Shown one piece after another: positions 63,273 through 64,000 of a stretch of 64,000 nt of DNA (positions are counted from its first letter, which is position 1; each line of letters opens with the position of its first letter). Both the position numbers and the translations under genes were made by a program. Origin of the DNA: a virus; the IMG/VR virus record IMGVR_UViG_3300017783_000003, positions 1 through 64,000 of that record; one strand, 5' to 3'. The notes below the pieces were generated by a model. That model was not told the DNA's origin. It was given only the letters and a program-made list of their open reading frames with translations, and ran no database searches.

Positions 63273-63295
63273 TCCAATCTAATTGCATTCTTATT

Positions 63296-63481
63296 ATGAA
63301 CCCAACTCTAATGATTTCACTCCTCCGTAAAGGAAGAAATGGGGAAGAAATCCTCTCCATTCTTGATATCATCACCGACAATCCTAGCACCAAAGTGATG
63401 CAAACTGTCGAGGCGTTAGGTGACACTATCTCTCGGGGAGTTAGTATCAATCAAGGTAGTCCAGAACCCGTGGAAATCTAG
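63296..63481 (+). CDS. Hypothetical protein
   Basis: MISLLRKG.NGEEILSILD.I motif. Confidence 0.65.
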   Translation: MNPTLMISLLRKGRNGEEILSILDIITDNPSTKVMQTVEALGDTISRGVSINQGSPEPVEI

Positions 63482-63490
63482 TTACCATGT

Positions 63491-63545
63491 GACACTAATA
63501 CTAGTGGCACAAACATTTACTTTTTGGGTGTGGATGCTGTATTGT
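63491..63545 (+). promoter_or_regulatory. Early palindromic box with -10 element (copy 6)
   Basis: GACActaatactagTGGCACA, 28 nt, TATTGT. Confidence 0.65.
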
Positions 63546-63574
63546 AGTTTCAAGTCAAACAATTGTTTAAAACA

Positions 63575-64000
63575 ATGCTTCGCTTTTCACACGGTAACGC
63601 AAAACTTAACCGTAACACGGTTATTTTCAACTTGCCTGCAGGATTCACTTGCCCTGGTGCTTTAAATTGTCTCTCAATGGCGGTTTTAGGTGACAACGGC
63701 AAAAGGACAATTAAAGACGGTAAATTCACTGAATTCCGTTGTTTTGCTGCCTCCAGTGAGGTTCAATACGACGCAGTTTATAACAACCGTCAAGACAATT
63801 TCAAAACAATTGTTAAAGCATTGCGTGATGGAAATGCTGCTGATCTTATTAACGAAGGTTTGCAGAATGCACGTAAGAAAGCAACAACTAAGGTCAGGAT
63901 TCACGAGTCTGGCGATTTCTTCAATGCCGAGTATTTGATGGCGTGGGTGTTAGTTGCACAGCACAATCCTGATCTTAAGTTTTACTGCTACTCAAAGAAT
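63575..64000 (+). CDS. GP88-like phage protein, 3' truncated (not in ORF track)
   Basis: GNAKL...FNLPAGFTCPGA..C...CFA...RIHESGDFF...Y..AW..VA...PD.KFY.YSK; open to the window end. Confidence 0.8.
   Translation, partial: MLRFSHGNAKLNRNTVIFNLPAGFTCPGALNCLSMAVLGDNGKRTIKDGKFTEFRCFAASSEVQYDAVYNNRQDNFKTIVKALRDGNAADLINEGLQNARKKATTKVRIHESGDFFNAEYLMAWVLVAQHNPDLKFYCYSKN

Noticed and set aside
1-64000. Homing endonucleases, introns, inteins, integrases, transposases or a diversity-generating retroelement
   Set aside because: No HNH, GIY-YIG, LAGLIDADG, recombinase or reverse-transcriptase motifs were seen, and core genes have normal lengths. This was judged by eye only.

Overview
A 64-kb segment of a T4-like marine cyanomyovirus (Kyanoviridae type; a Synechococcus host is likely from psbD, cpeT and the low-GC Leu tRNAs, which is inference). 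Left to right it holds: the psbD 3' end, small membrane ORFs, 2OG-Fe(II) oxygenases, glutaredoxin, RNase H and speD; a nitrogen-sensing module; thyX, phoH, an exonuclease, gp33 and gp32; a baseplate/tail block (gp51-26-54 on minus; gp4-2-48-53, two tape-measure-like murein hydrolases, a hub protein and a split gp5 on plus); a tRNA/cpeT islet; a ~24-kb fibre cluster; an SF2 helicase and carbamoyltransferase; and an early region of small ORFs. The most notable signal is at 5023-5507. There an NtcA-like box and a sigma70 promoter precede two tandem glutamine-riboswitch-like aptamers. The second aptamer carries a 55-codon ORF running through its P2 loop, and a DUF4278-type gene follows. Other highlights: a 21-bp palindromic box at a fixed 28-30 nt before the -10 element of six early promoters, DnaA-box-like sites plus an AT-rich 24-bp iteron-like array, a dispersed A-tract element, a candidate sRNA after tRNA-Asn, an antisense promoter into the tail genes and a dual-frame overlap. 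All calls come from reading the sequence; no searches were run.
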